A stretch of 62,384 bases of DNA, filler included, from Sphacelaria rigidula (taxonomy: Eukaryota), in the NCBI GenBank assembly GCA_964200075.2. It is 10 parts of 10 records of this genome, joined end to end, with 100 filler letters (N's around TTAATTAATTAA, not from the genome) between each part and the next. Parts side by side here need not be neighbours in the genome. Positions count along the whole stretch, not along the records: positions 24,997 to 31,144 come from CAXNAA020021932.1; positions 31,245 to 37,392 come from CAXNAA020021933.1; positions 37,493 to 43,640 come from CAXNAA020021934.1; 7 more parts are not named here. The stretch is one strand, 5' to 3'. The notes beneath the pieces were generated by a model, which was not told where the DNA came from, did no database searches, and was given only the letters and a program-made list of their open reading frames with translations. A program made the position numbers and the translations under genes. This document shows positions 26,731-38,360 of the stretch, one piece after another. Position 1 is the first letter of the stretch; each line of letters starts with the position of its first letter.

Positions 26731-27060
26731 GAATATCATTAATTCCGCACATTAGTCCGTCTCTCGAACCCTATAGCGACCGTGTTCTCGCCACTGTCTC
26801 AAGTACCAAACGAGCTTATGTCACATTCGTTTATTTCCGACACTTCCACCTTTACTATAGCACGTCCCTGTTCCTGCTTGTACACAACCGTTCACGTTCT
26901 CCCAATAAGTTCAGGTTCAGGATAGAATAACAGAGAGATTATTTGAATAACACTTTCTTCGTGTTTCTTATCACAGTTTCACTCCCTCCCCTCCTTGCTT
27001 GGGCTGCGTCCAGAGTGTCCGTAGTGTCAAGGTACCCATGGATGGTACTGTACGTGCCCC

Positions 27061-27100
27061 GAGTCATATGCTACGATAGGGGGGGGGGGGGTATTTCGGG
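27061..27100 (+). mobile_element. Terminus of the long Sola2-like element (other end not found)
   Basis: GAGTCATATGCTACGATAG + G-tract + TATTT, as at 43610 and 31343. Confidence 0.75.
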
Positions 27101-27345
27101 TCATTTCCCCCACGAAATTCCACTTCAGATCGTCGTTGAAAGCAGTAATAAAACTTTGTGCAAATGCTCTTGTTACCGATAAATAGCACTCAGCACCACA
27201 AGCGGCGGATCTCAAGTCATCAACCTTGACCAAAAGGCGGCGTTCTGTTATTTTTTGTTATTCCACACAAGGTGCTCGAGTCATTATTCATTTATTCATT
27301 GGCCATGTTTATTTCCGCACTAAACGTCTTGACAGCTCGAGTTTT

Positions 27346-27615
27346 CAAGATTGGGTTCTGTGGGGTGCAGGTTTGTGAAGTACCCGGGGTATTTACCCGG
27401 ATATTACCCGTACCCGTCAGCTCTGTGAGATCTGTACGAAACGTTCGCCGTTACCCGGGGTGCAGGTACACCCATGTAGAAATACCCGGTTCCACATCAC
27501 AAGTTCTGGACAACTTCCATACCGTACACGACAGGTTCTCTAAGTTCTGTAATGAATCTCCTCATACCCTGCCGAACATACCGAACACACCCCTACCCCA
27601 CAGAACACAACCTTA
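27346..27615. mobile_element. hAT-like MITE with TACCC-rich body
   Basis: Imperfect TIRs CAAGATTGGGTTCTGTGGGGT / ACCCCACAGAACACAACCTTA; TSD poorly conserved. Confidence 0.55.
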
Positions 27616-27684
27616 CATCTTTCGTCTGTGTATCCATCTATCGATCGGTGAATAATACCTTACTGTACTTCGATACCCACTCAC

Positions 27685-27717
27685 CTTGCAGGCCTCATCA
27701 GTCACGTGCCGGATGTA
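27685..27717 (-). CDS. TAF13: TAF13-like penultimate exon (5' boundary uncertain)
   Basis: YIRHVTDEACK followed by a strong gtgagt donor; phase-0 join to the last exon; matches TAF13 'FITEMTHKAMS'. Confidence 0.6.
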
Positions 27718-28041
27718 TGCAAACATACATACGAATATGCTCTGACCCGAGCGGACACGCAAAGCCAAATCTGTCAGACCTTTGTTTCCCCGAATAATCG
27801 GGCGAATCGACATCCCTTCACACTTGTGGGGCACAATAAAATACCTGGTACAGCACAGCAGAAAACCGGGACATTTTTTTTTTCCCATCCGACAGGGAAC
27901 AGGGAAGAAAACAACAAACAACAAACAAACAACAAAAAAAGAACACAAAATACGACTCTGTTCTTCACTTCTCGGGAAACAACATTATGGGGAAAACGCC
28001 GAAAAAGTATACTCGAGAAAAACTATCAAGCGCCTTCCTTG

Positions 28042-28194
28042 CCTGTGTCCAAGCAGCATCATCCCCCTTTTCCCGTCGCTTCACCCAAGTCCGTCGTCTT
28101 TACTCGGGAGTCCTTCGTTATGAGCAAGTTTTGATGCCTGACGTTTCGGTGAATGATGCCGTTGTGATCCATGTGGCACAGCTCGTCCAAGTAC
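28042..28194 (-). pseudogene. Decayed Ser/Thr protein kinase exon (subdomains VIa-VII)
   Basis: LCHMDHNGIIHRNVRHQNLLITKDSRVKTTDLGE is a degenerate HRDxKPxNLL...D(F/L)G; stop or frameshift follows. Possible further remnant (LEFLKHP, WLIVEC) at ~28500-28600. Confidence 0.65.
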
Positions 28195-29789
28195 CTGTTT
28201 GTTGTCGCACGACCAATTTCGTGTGTTCGCGTGTGTCATATTCCAGTGTTGCTGTAGTTTTTGCTGCCATCATTGTTGTTATCTTCATAGCAAAATTCGT
28301 TCAGATCCCTGCGCAGTATCTTTCAACATATCTCATGCGGACGGACGTCTTCCGTGGTCAAAGGCTAATTACCCAGTATAAGGTACAAGGGGAATCGAGT
28401 AAAAAGTCAAGTAGGACCTGGGAAAATCATCATAGATGCGACACAATAAAAGAAGAAACAAGAAATACCTTCAAAAGCACGGTGTGTCATTCTCCAGAGT
28501 AAAGATGACACACTCCACAATGAGCCAAGTTTCAGAGTACATGTGTCGTACTTGGGTGTTTCAGGAACTCCAGTGTAACATGTGTCATACTCCGGTGTGT
28601 GCTATTCCCCCATGTAAAACTATCATACTTCAGTGTTAGTGTGTGTGCGTGTTCGGTTATAGACTGATTGCCGCACACGTTCTGACCCGCCTCAAATTCG
28701 CATCTGCTGCCTACCCCTGATAACTGAACATGATGAGACACCATGTACCCAACGGGCAGTTAGACGGACATACTATCCTAGGTACTAGTAGCACAACAAA
28801 TGTCGACGAGACCGAAGCACAAAGACAAGCCACCAGCTGACGAACAAAAAGCATGCGCGCGTGTGCTACCTAGAGAGCAAAACAACTTCAAACGGGGAGA
28901 ACCACGGGGCACAGACTGCACGTACCCCCCCGTACAGCCGAATCCTTTCGCGGGTATACCGCTGCAGCTTTCCACGCCGCGAGTAGAATACACCGACGAA
29001 CAAGGACAACAACAGCACCATACCACGATATGGCAGTAATGCTAACAGCGCAGTGAGCACTGCCGGACCAAAAGAGGTTCACCCTCAACCGTGTCTTTGT
29101 ACCGTGGTACGCCTATAACGACCAACTCGCCGTCATCGTAGCGCAAATTTAGTGTACCTCTGGTTGGCCAAAGACAGCGACGGTACACATTTCGTTTTTC
29201 TACCTCGTACTGCCCGTGCAAAATGGGAGGAAAAACGGCGTGACCAACTCCGCGTTATCGACCCGCAAGTTTGGTGTACCTGCTATCGGCCAAAGACAGT
29301 AGCGGTACACCCTTTTCTGTCTACTGCTAAAACCGAAAAAGACAAAACATCAAGGGCAAGGGTGACGCGCCTTCGTGGCATTGTCGTGCCGTTTTTATTA
29401 CATTGCTTTTTTGGGAGGGGGAGAGGACAGCGGAGCAAAGGGTTATAGCAAGAGAGCATAGGCTGTGTACTTGGTTCCTCTTCCGTCAGCATCCATGATC
29501 AACGATATCGGAGGTTGATATGAAAAATGTGCGGGGTGGGCGGTTGGTGCTACGGCCCTGAGTGATCAAGTGGGCCGCACCCGCGAGCGGGCTACACCCT
29601 ATACCCCTTATACCACCGCGCACACGCTTCATATTCAGACTTTTCGAATCCCCAAGATCTCTGTATCAGAGCTCCCTTTTGATCTCTCATTTCAAACACG
29701 TTCTAGCACGGGATATTCACAGCACAACCAAGTACACGCCCCATGCGCTTTTGTATACAGGGTGCTTCAGGCTCATCACCCCAAAACAC

Positions 29790-30480
29790 TCATCGGCAAA
29801 CCGCACGCCGTTTTCAGGAGTTGGACCCTGAAATTTTGCACAGATGTTCTATGGGGCAATACGAAACTTTCGAAGGTCGACGTTTTACGACTTTTCGACT
29901 TCTCCACCGATTTTCGGGGGTCCCAGTTTTTTCGGGGAAACATCGATCCAATCGGGCCCCCGTAAAACGGCGAAGGTAAAATAACTAAAAAAAAAACGTC
30001 CATCCAAAGTTGCGTAATAACCTATGGCACAGTTGTACAAAAATTTCAGGGTCTAACTCCTCAAAACGGCATGAGGTTTTTCGCTTTTGTGCGATGAACT
30101 TTGACGTGCCGCGGTGAAGCCGAAAGCTACTTGATTTTGGTACCAAAACGGCGTTTTTGGGCCTTCTTTGACGTGAACGTGTATTTTCAAGCATCAGTTG
30201 ATCAACTTTTGCGACAAAACTTTGTGGGGCCCTTTCTTGAGTTATGCGGCGACAGATCCCTTACGAAAAAGTGGTTAAAAAATCGTGGTGCCGGTTCTCC
30301 GGGGTCCCAGAATGGAGACTACCTCCAAAAACGACTTGAATCCCGTCGGACCTCCGAAAAACGGTGAAAATCTCATCAAGTAAAGAATAACCTGGCCATG
30401 GGAAGTTGCGTCATGACATACAGCATATTGGCGCAAAGTTTCAGGGTCTCACTCCTCATAACACAACGGCGCGAAGGTTT
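29790..30480. repeat. Internal inverted repeats of a large palindromic DNA-transposon derivative
   Basis: GGAGTTGGACCCTGAAATTT motif forward at ~29817 and inverted at ~30043 and ~30440; the same motif occurs in 55398-55667. Confidence 0.6.
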
Positions 30481-31144
30481 GCGCGTTTGTGGAGGACGTG
30501 GGCTTGAAATGTGCAACTCCTAACTACTTGGTTTGAGTATGGAAACGTCTTTTGGGGTGAATTTCACGTCAAGGCAAGACAAACTGTATGAGGTTTTCGA
30601 GTTTCTCCCCCAAACTTTGAACATGTGTTCCTTGGACTATCCGGGGACGCATCATTTTATTACTATTCTTTCGGGGCATTCTGTACCGCCTTCCGGGGGT
30701 CTTCATGCTGGGACCCTCGGATGCCGGTAGAGAACGGAGAAAACATGAAATATCGTCATGAATACAATGATTTCATTTGAAGCATCAATACCTACGGAAC
30801 TGCCAAGTTTGAGGGCGATCTGAGCTTTTCTGCAACAGATATGAGGGACACCGTCACGAGGCTCCCTGGGTCTTTCGTGCGCATCATGAGTGGAAATTAG
30901 ACGACGCCAACACCCGACATCACCGAAACATCACGGTTTCGGGTATAATTCGACGGCCGAAGTAACCGTTTTAAAATATGATTTTTTCGTCACATTCCCA
31001 AGCCGATGACCGTTACTACGATGTGACGCATGTGGAGATTGGGTGAAATTTGGGCTTGGAATTCATAATTTTGATCTCGGAACAATTTGACGGGCGCTGA
31101 TCGGTCGATATTCCTTTTCGCCGTTAGCGCTACCTCTATGGCCT

Positions 31145-31244
31145 NNNNNNNNNNNNNNNNNNNNNNNNNNNNNNNNNNNNNNNNNNNNTTAATTAATTAA
31201 NNNNNNNNNNNNNNNNNNNNNNNNNNNNNNNNNNNNNNNNNNNN
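31145..31244. other. Artificial contig spacer
   Basis: Same 100-bp linker. Confidence 0.99.
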
Positions 31245-31343
31245 ACTACAAGCGCAACGCAAGTGTGGAAGGATGTCTGACACATCTACGAGCCCCGTTT
31301 TTCGTGCAACTAAATACCCCCACCCCCTATCGTAGGACGACTC
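31245..31343 (-). mobile_element. Terminus of the long Sola2-like element at a contig break
   Basis: Reverse complement GAGTCGTCCTACGATAG + G-tract + TATTT. Confidence 0.8.
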
Positions 31344-32675
31344 ATGGTTGAACCCGTGGTGCCCACCGCTGATTCGTGCGTGTGATGTGTGTGACCTGGC
31401 CGAGCGAAACAAAATGGTTGACATAAAATTGTTGGGTACTTCGGCGGTGAAATACCGGTCATTGTTGATTTCTAATTGTGGAATTGTACGAACTAATGAG
31501 AAATGAACTCAGAAGTAGAAAATAAACAGGCAGGTAGCGGCGCTTAGGTTTTGGGCTAAGCAACGCGTCCTGGATCACCCCACTGGATGCTATTTGAATC
31601 TCCGGAACTTGTAGAACGTTCCCAAAAGGTTGTCAAGTTGTGAAGTGAGCATCAGTGCTGTGTGAGTACCGCCCTGGCGGGGTTCAGCCGCGGCACTAGG
31701 TCCACTCATGTGAAACATCTACCGTTTTGTGAATGGGCCGGTGCATGTGATTGAAAGTGTGCCAGGTCAGGTGGGTCAGGCGGTGAATCAGTTGTCGCCT
31801 TGGGGGCGGAGCAGGCAACCGTACGAACGCAGTTGTGATTGCCAGACTTGCCAACATAGTCCAAAATGACGCGAGATTCCAAGTGTCTTCTTGTCAACGG
31901 CTTATATTCTTGCTCCGCATTTTCCAGGCCCTTCGTGGATGCGCGTATCGCGCGTTCTAGTTTGCTCTGTTCTGGCTTTTTCTAGGGGTGGACATCAACA
32001 CTACGGGGGGGGTGCGCGGCCTCCTGGACCCCTGGAAAACTTTTACGTTGATCCGCCTCGAGGCGAGCAAATTCCGGGTCTGTCCACGCACGGTTTATCT
32101 GTTCGAGACTGTTGTTTCGAAGCTGGTGCCGGAACTCAGTTTATTCCGTCGCCGAAACATTGTATCAATGACGCGGAGGAATAAAAGCTGAGCGGTTTTG
32201 CCGAAGCCGGTCGCGTGTTTCGTCACGCGTGGGCAGGAATTGTTCCGATTCGGGTGGCGTATCAAAAGCCAGAGTGGGGCGATCAAGGTCAGCACCGGTT
32301 TGGGTGCGGAGGTCATCGTCAGGAAAGGTTTTAGTAGCATCAGGGCTTACTCGGAGGGATACCATCTGAGAATGAAAAGTGGGAACACCATCACCGTTTT
32401 GGGTGACTGGTTGGTATCGAGGTATGGTCACTGAGGGAGAGGGGGTAAGCATGGGGAGGAGAACTACGGTCCTCATCGAAATCTTCAGCCACATCCCTGA
32501 AAATGTGCCCTGCAAGAACGCTATCATCGACATCGAAACGTTCCGGATTGTTCTTGGCAACCGTCTCATTACGCATGGGTGATCGTACAGTTGTTTCACC
32601 ACTATCTGTAGGGAGCGCACCGTCCTTCGTAACATCGTGCTCCGATGAAGTCGGAGGGCGGTTGATATCAGACAT
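31344..32675 (-). pseudogene. Frameshifted low-complexity ORF remnant, possibly retroelement gag/ORF1
   Basis: MSDINRPPT... continues across frames with stops; no diagnostic motif. Confidence 0.2.
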
Positions 32676-34572
32676 GGTTGAAAAGTGAACGTTTCGTCGT
32701 GGGAGACAGCAAAGTTGTTGAGGACTGAAGCGGAGTGAACAAAAATTAAAAGGAACAGAGTGGCAGGGTACTGTCGACTGTCGATCGACATGTAGTTCCG
32801 CGCACTCCGCACATGCATGAGGTCTACCACCTGGTCAATCAGGTGCAGACAAAAGGAGGAAAAAATATGTCGAAGGCACACAACAAACCGTAGGTGTGTG
32901 TGTGTTGGAATAAATTGTAACAGCAAGAGACAAAAAAAACGAAGGTTGTCACAATTAACAGACATACAGTGTCTGTCACCAGCGCAACAGCGCATTGACA
33001 AACCTACATGCCACGAAGGAATAGACGTGTGGGATGCAGCGAACAGCAACGTCAAACCGCTCAGTTGTATTTTGAGAACATGTTGAGGCTGAGAAAAAAA
33101 TACCTACCGGATGCCGTGTTTCCAGAGGCAATACCAGCGCAGCTGGCGATACTTATTACAGTGCCTCGTAGTTCGCTGAAAATAGCCGAGTCGGGGGTCG
33201 ATGACGTATCATCGTGCAGGTAAACAGTCAATAAATGTACAAGCGCAACCGTAATACAAATATGTAGTGCAGTACAACAGCAGCGTACAAAGCACCAGAC
33301 AGCAAAATGCTGTGTGGCACAGTACAGTACATATATATGATCTTCGCGTGGTGCAGCGGGGGTGGTCGGCGATGCAGGACGATGTCAATTTCTTCGTATC
33401 ATATGAAGAAAACCCGACACAACGTCATACCCGCGTCGTGTTCATATCTACAATACAATACAGATGACTTCGTTTAGATAGTGCACAGTACCAACGTATG
33501 CTACAGCACGGCACCTCACCGTCCGCAACATAGTGCCCGCCGAGACCATTTGGAACTGAGACGGTACTGTACTGTGGTCAGTACTTCGATTCGGAACAAT
33601 ATTTCAACGCGAAAGGTACGCGGCCTTCTGGACGATCAAGTATGTACTGTAGTGCGTGTTGGTGGGGCGGCAATCAAACTTTAGTGTGCCCTGGTGCCGT
33701 GTGAAAGTGAAAAGAGTACAGAGTCGAGAGCTTGTGTACAAGTGATATGAGCCTCGCGCCTCGCAGTGTTCAATCATGCTTGTGTACATGCAACATCTTC
33801 CGTGCTGGCCCATCATGTCGCATCGATGTAATTCGGTGCGCATGGTGGATCACCGTTCCGTGTTTGGAAGAAAACTCGTCTGCGCAGCAGGCGGCGGTTG
33901 AAATAGGCCACGTACTCGTTACCTGCAAGCATGATTCGGTGTGTGTTGGGACACATGTCGGTCGATTCGGTTGATACCGGATCGACGGACTGTGAGCAGG
34001 GGCGGTCGCGGGGTGTTTGGGGGGTGGTTGGTTGTGTAGCAAAAGAAGGCTTGCGTGTGCGCTCGTACCTGGAGCGCCTTGTGGTTCGGTCGCCATTGCC
34101 TGAGACCAACGTGGATACTGTATGACACATCGAAGACCTGCAGCTAGCTCGAGTCGGGATGTCTGTCAAACTCCGAGTAAAAGAGAGAATAGCTGTCCAA
34201 GAAGCTGTCTAATTAGCTTGGTGTATTACACCGCTAAATCGTGTACGCAAATATCAAGTGAAAACAAGGGCCGAAAATACAAGTTTTTGGAGAGAAAACC
34301 GTGAGCTGGTGGTTGGCTGTGTGTTAACAGCGGCCGATCGAGAAAGAAAAACCGCACAACTTGAATGAAACAATCTACCTCTGAAGCCCCACAATGTGTC
34401 GGTATAGGCACTACCGCAAGCAGTAAAACCGTATACGCCGAACACAAGCAAGCCACACCCTGTTGAGGTGTGAGCAAGCGATCCTGGTTCAACTTGCTTG
34501 ACTCAAACTGCCGTTTCAATCTCTCAATACAATAGCCCAGCTGTCAAAGGGGAAAACCACACAGCCCGGAGC

Positions 34573-34797
34573 CAGTACCTTTAGCTAATCAAGGCTGTAG
34601 TAGCAGCAGGTACACGCGGCTAATCGGGTACAATCCATTTCCAACATCAACGCTTCAACAATAGAACAATCCAAATCCTGCAATATACAGCATGTATTCG
34701 ACTAGAATCTTTCTATACCCGCCGGTCGTTTCCGGGGACCCATCTGCGGATCCCAAAGAACGAGTTTAATTCAGGCACGCAGTCATTTACCATCACA
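34573..34797 (+). mobile_element. LTR fragment (family B)
   Basis: Homologous to 24240-24471 and ends CATCACA. Confidence 0.6.
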
Positions 34798-36599
34798 CCA
34801 TTCTATCCCCCACTCGGAGGGATTAGGGAGGCTGCCATTATCGATCACCATGATGATACCGATGGGGGACCTTCATTCGGATGCTCTAGCTGGCCTCCTT
34901 GCGCTGCGAGCCAGTGATTCCCCCAGTGGTATAGCAGCATCATTGTTGATTAGTCACAGGGATTGCAGACCGATTTGAAACCGCTGTACGATTAAGCTCG
35001 TCTGAGCATATCGTGAGAACATGATGTGCCCCTTGCCGCGGCTCACGCACGACCCATGACAAGCTATATATGCTATGTGTATATGTGGCAACGGCCTTCC
35101 CTACGTGAGCATTATCTCTGCACCGAACACAAAGTTCATTCCGAGTTCTCCGAAACCATGCTCGTCTGTTTACATGCGTCGAACTAAATAAGGGTCCGGG
35201 CGTGCAAGGCACGAATACATCGTAATAACGGTATGCATGTTTTTTCTCATCGGCATTGATATATATCCATGTATATACTCTATTTTTGTATTTCATACAT
35301 CGCAAACCCATGCCGGATGCTGAGGTATGGCCCGTAGATATGTCGTCATCCGGCCACCGACCAAACATTTTCGGCCCACTATTTTTCTCCGCGTCAATCA
35401 TTTTGACCAATCGGAACACCACGGGCACCCTTTTCGCCCTCTTGTTTGGCTGTCCTCCGTGAAACGCTGTTGTTGGGCGATGTTGGGCATTTCTTCGTAA
35501 TCATTCACGGTAGGAACAACGGCGGCACGGAAAGTTTTTGGCCGATCCTTCCGGCACAACTCCACTAATCCATGGACGCGGGACAATCGCCCATAACATC
35601 GAATAAGACAATAAAAAGATGGGCAAAAAAGGCGGGGGGAAGGAGAGGGGTGAAAATCATTAGAAACGGCTAAAATATACGAAGCATCTGCGCAATACAC
35701 ACGCCACATAGGCTACAAAATATTCACCTGTACGTCAAAAACAAATGACCTAGGGATGATGATAACGGTATTATAGCCCCATCCACTTGTCCGGGTCTCT
35801 GTCACCCCCCGTTCAATACCCATCACCGCCCGCCCGAGAATCAACCTAATATAACAAAAAAACACATCACAAAATACGGGTACCTGTACAAAACCGTAAA
35901 AAAATACACAATTTTCGTTCGCTCCGTCTTGGGGTATGGGGGGCAGGAGACGGTGTACACGGGTAACTGACTATTGCAACTCCTCTGTTGTACCTGACTG
36001 TAGAGCAGATAAATTCTGTTTCACACGTTTATCCTTCTCTGCCTAATATGTACTCTATAGCCATACTCTACAGCGACATGCTCTCCCCCCTCCCAAAGTC
36101 ATCAGTATATCCCCCAAAAAACTTCAGCCTGGTCCGGCGAAAACCCGGGGTGCTCCGTCCCGGCTGTGAAGGGACGGACCCCCCCATGGGTTTGGCGTCG
36201 GTTGGTAATGACGCGCTGTAGAACACGCCACTCACGGCGTAAGCTTGTCAACCCGGTTACCGTTCTTTTTGCGCGCTTGCGTGTTTTTGCGGTAAACATC
36301 ATGACGGTGGGCGAGCTAGATCATCTTGTGTGGGGTGGGAGAACCTCGATTCCGCGCGAGGGGGATATCATACTACGTGGTGTTAAAATAGTGAGACACC
36401 CATGAGGCAGGGTGTACGCCGCGGCTGTCTCTGGAAGTGGCGATAACAGAAGATAAAGCAACTCATTGGAGGCTGTCATCCACATGCAAGATAATCGGTA
36501 CGCTTCGGGCCGAACAATCTTCGTAGGATGCCGCTCACACTTGATGCGACTCGCTAAACACATCACGCACGGCGCTCAGCGCTTGATGATTGATTGCGA

Positions 36600-36715
36600 G
36601 CCTGGTCCGGCGAAAATCCGGCGTGCTCCGTCCCGGCTTTGTAGGGATGCGAGCTCAATGGTCTCATGACTATGGCATGCAAGATCATGAGCACACACAC
36701 ACCCCTCCCCGCCAC
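36600..36715 (+). mobile_element. LINE-like 3' end (family C) with C-rich tail
   Basis: Translates across a frameshift as RAPS...GCELNGLMTMACK, resembling the family A terminus GASSRKGCVVNGQTTKASNK. Confidence 0.55.
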
Positions 36716-36966
36716 CCTTCATATTACATCATACCGGTGTCTGCTCCCACTGAAACACCCTCGTGATTTCTCTCTGCTGTGAGCTACCTTTCAAACGTTA
36801 CGTTACTTCCTACGCACCAGCGGTACCGATCACCCCGCAGACCTCTCGGTGCTGGTCAATGACCATTGCCTTGCCATGACTTGCTGCCAAAATATGAAGC
36901 AAATATAAGAGAGCTTAATGCTGGCCCTGGTCGAACCCCGTTTGGTCTCAAGAGAGATGACTGATC

Positions 36967-37141
36967 CACACCCTGGAAAACACATGGTCAAAAGATGCAG
37001 TAGACACAAATGTACTGGGTTAAATGCAGGCCTATTGCAACTATCGTCGGTCAACAACATATTGCAATAGATCCGTTCTTAACCCAGTACATTTTTGTCC
37101 ATCGCATTTATTGACCACATAGTGTCATTGTCCAGGGTGTG
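36967..37141. mobile_element. Palindromic MITE with CACACCCTGG...CCAGGGTGTG ends
   Basis: Self-complementary over most of 175 bp; the same CCTGGACAAT terminus occurs at ~59453 and ~60283. Confidence 0.75.
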
Positions 37142-37392
37142 ACCTCTGCGCTGCCGTGTGAGTCCTCTCCTCTCACCCTCGCTGCCCCCGTGTGTCCCAG
37201 CACCCGCCACAACTCAAAACAAAACGGTCGTTCATCATCTTGGAGGGCGGCGGGTTGACCAACGTCAGCCAAACAGCTCAAGGGTCGAACAAATAATGAT
37301 TCGTCTGAAAATTGCTTGGTTTTAGTATAATGAGTCAGACTCTAGACGAATCAATCCCTAGGCTTTATTTCAGTGTTGCAACCCAGGTACAC

Positions 37393-37492
37393 NNNNNNNN
37401 NNNNNNNNNNNNNNNNNNNNNNNNNNNNNNNNNNNNTTAATTAATTAANNNNNNNNNNNNNNNNNNNNNNNNNNNNNNNNNNNNNNNNNNNN
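37393..37492. other. Artificial contig spacer
   Basis: Same 100-bp linker. Confidence 0.99.
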
Positions 37493-38360
37493 TTGGGAAT
37501 GTACTCACTTGAAACAAACAGAGACATGAGAGAATTGCGATGATAATATAGCGTAAAGAACATGCAGAGAAAGAGGTTGCCAGCGAAAGTTGATAACGCC
37601 GTGTAGAAGAAAAGTACGAAAGGGAAGGCTGGAGTAAGGTGCGATAAAGAAGTCGAGAAAATATGGAAGGAGATAGGAGGAATCCATTCAAGACGAAATA
37701 CTGTCCATAGATGAAGGCGCGGGGTACAAGAAAAAGGTAAGATATATGATCGAAATGAGGAGAGATGGAGCGCTCAGACGCAAATAGATGAGAAAGAACA
37801 CCTGGAGATATACGGGTGGTTGAGAGAGGGGATGGGGATGAAAGCATATTTGCATGGCCCAATGGACGCTGCGAAAAATATGAAAACACTGCGATTTCGG
37901 GTGGAAGACCTGGACCTGCCAGAAAGAAAGAAGAGATATACCAGTCGTCGAAAGGAGGAGGAAGTAGATGGATAGAATTGCCCCTGTGGCAAAGCAAGAG
38001 AGAGCATAAGTCATATAGTGGCAGAATGTAAACAATACAAGGAGGAACGGGACGTACTAGAGGGGGGGAACGCGGGACGTGAACGAAGATGGCATGAAAT
38101 CGTCTTATGCATTAGACAGTAGGGAGAAAACGATGACTATACTTCGTATTAGAAGATGGATGGTGGCCAGAGACGGCGAAACAGGACGGGGATAGGATAT
38201 GTAAAAAGTTTCTGTGTAATGTATGGAAGAAACATAATGAGCACCGGAATGTTGAAGGTGGCTTTATTTGAAGTAGGAACGGTGCTTCGTCTCGAAAGGG
38301 GTGCGTGGTCAATGGTCAAACGACTAAGGCAAGCAACAAATGAGTACGCCCCCCCCCCAC
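37493..38360 (+). mobile_element. LINE ORF2 C-terminal pseudogene (family A) with CCHC zinc knuckle
   Basis: HLEIYGWLREGMGMKAYLHGPMD...LRFRVEDLDLPERKKRY...CPCGKARESISHIVAECKQYKEER...SRKGCVVNGQTTKASNK*, with internal stops and frameshifts. Confidence 0.9.

Noticed and set aside
32165..33055. 296-aa ORF
   Set aside because: The N-terminal two-thirds looks like non-coding read-through; no domain recognised.
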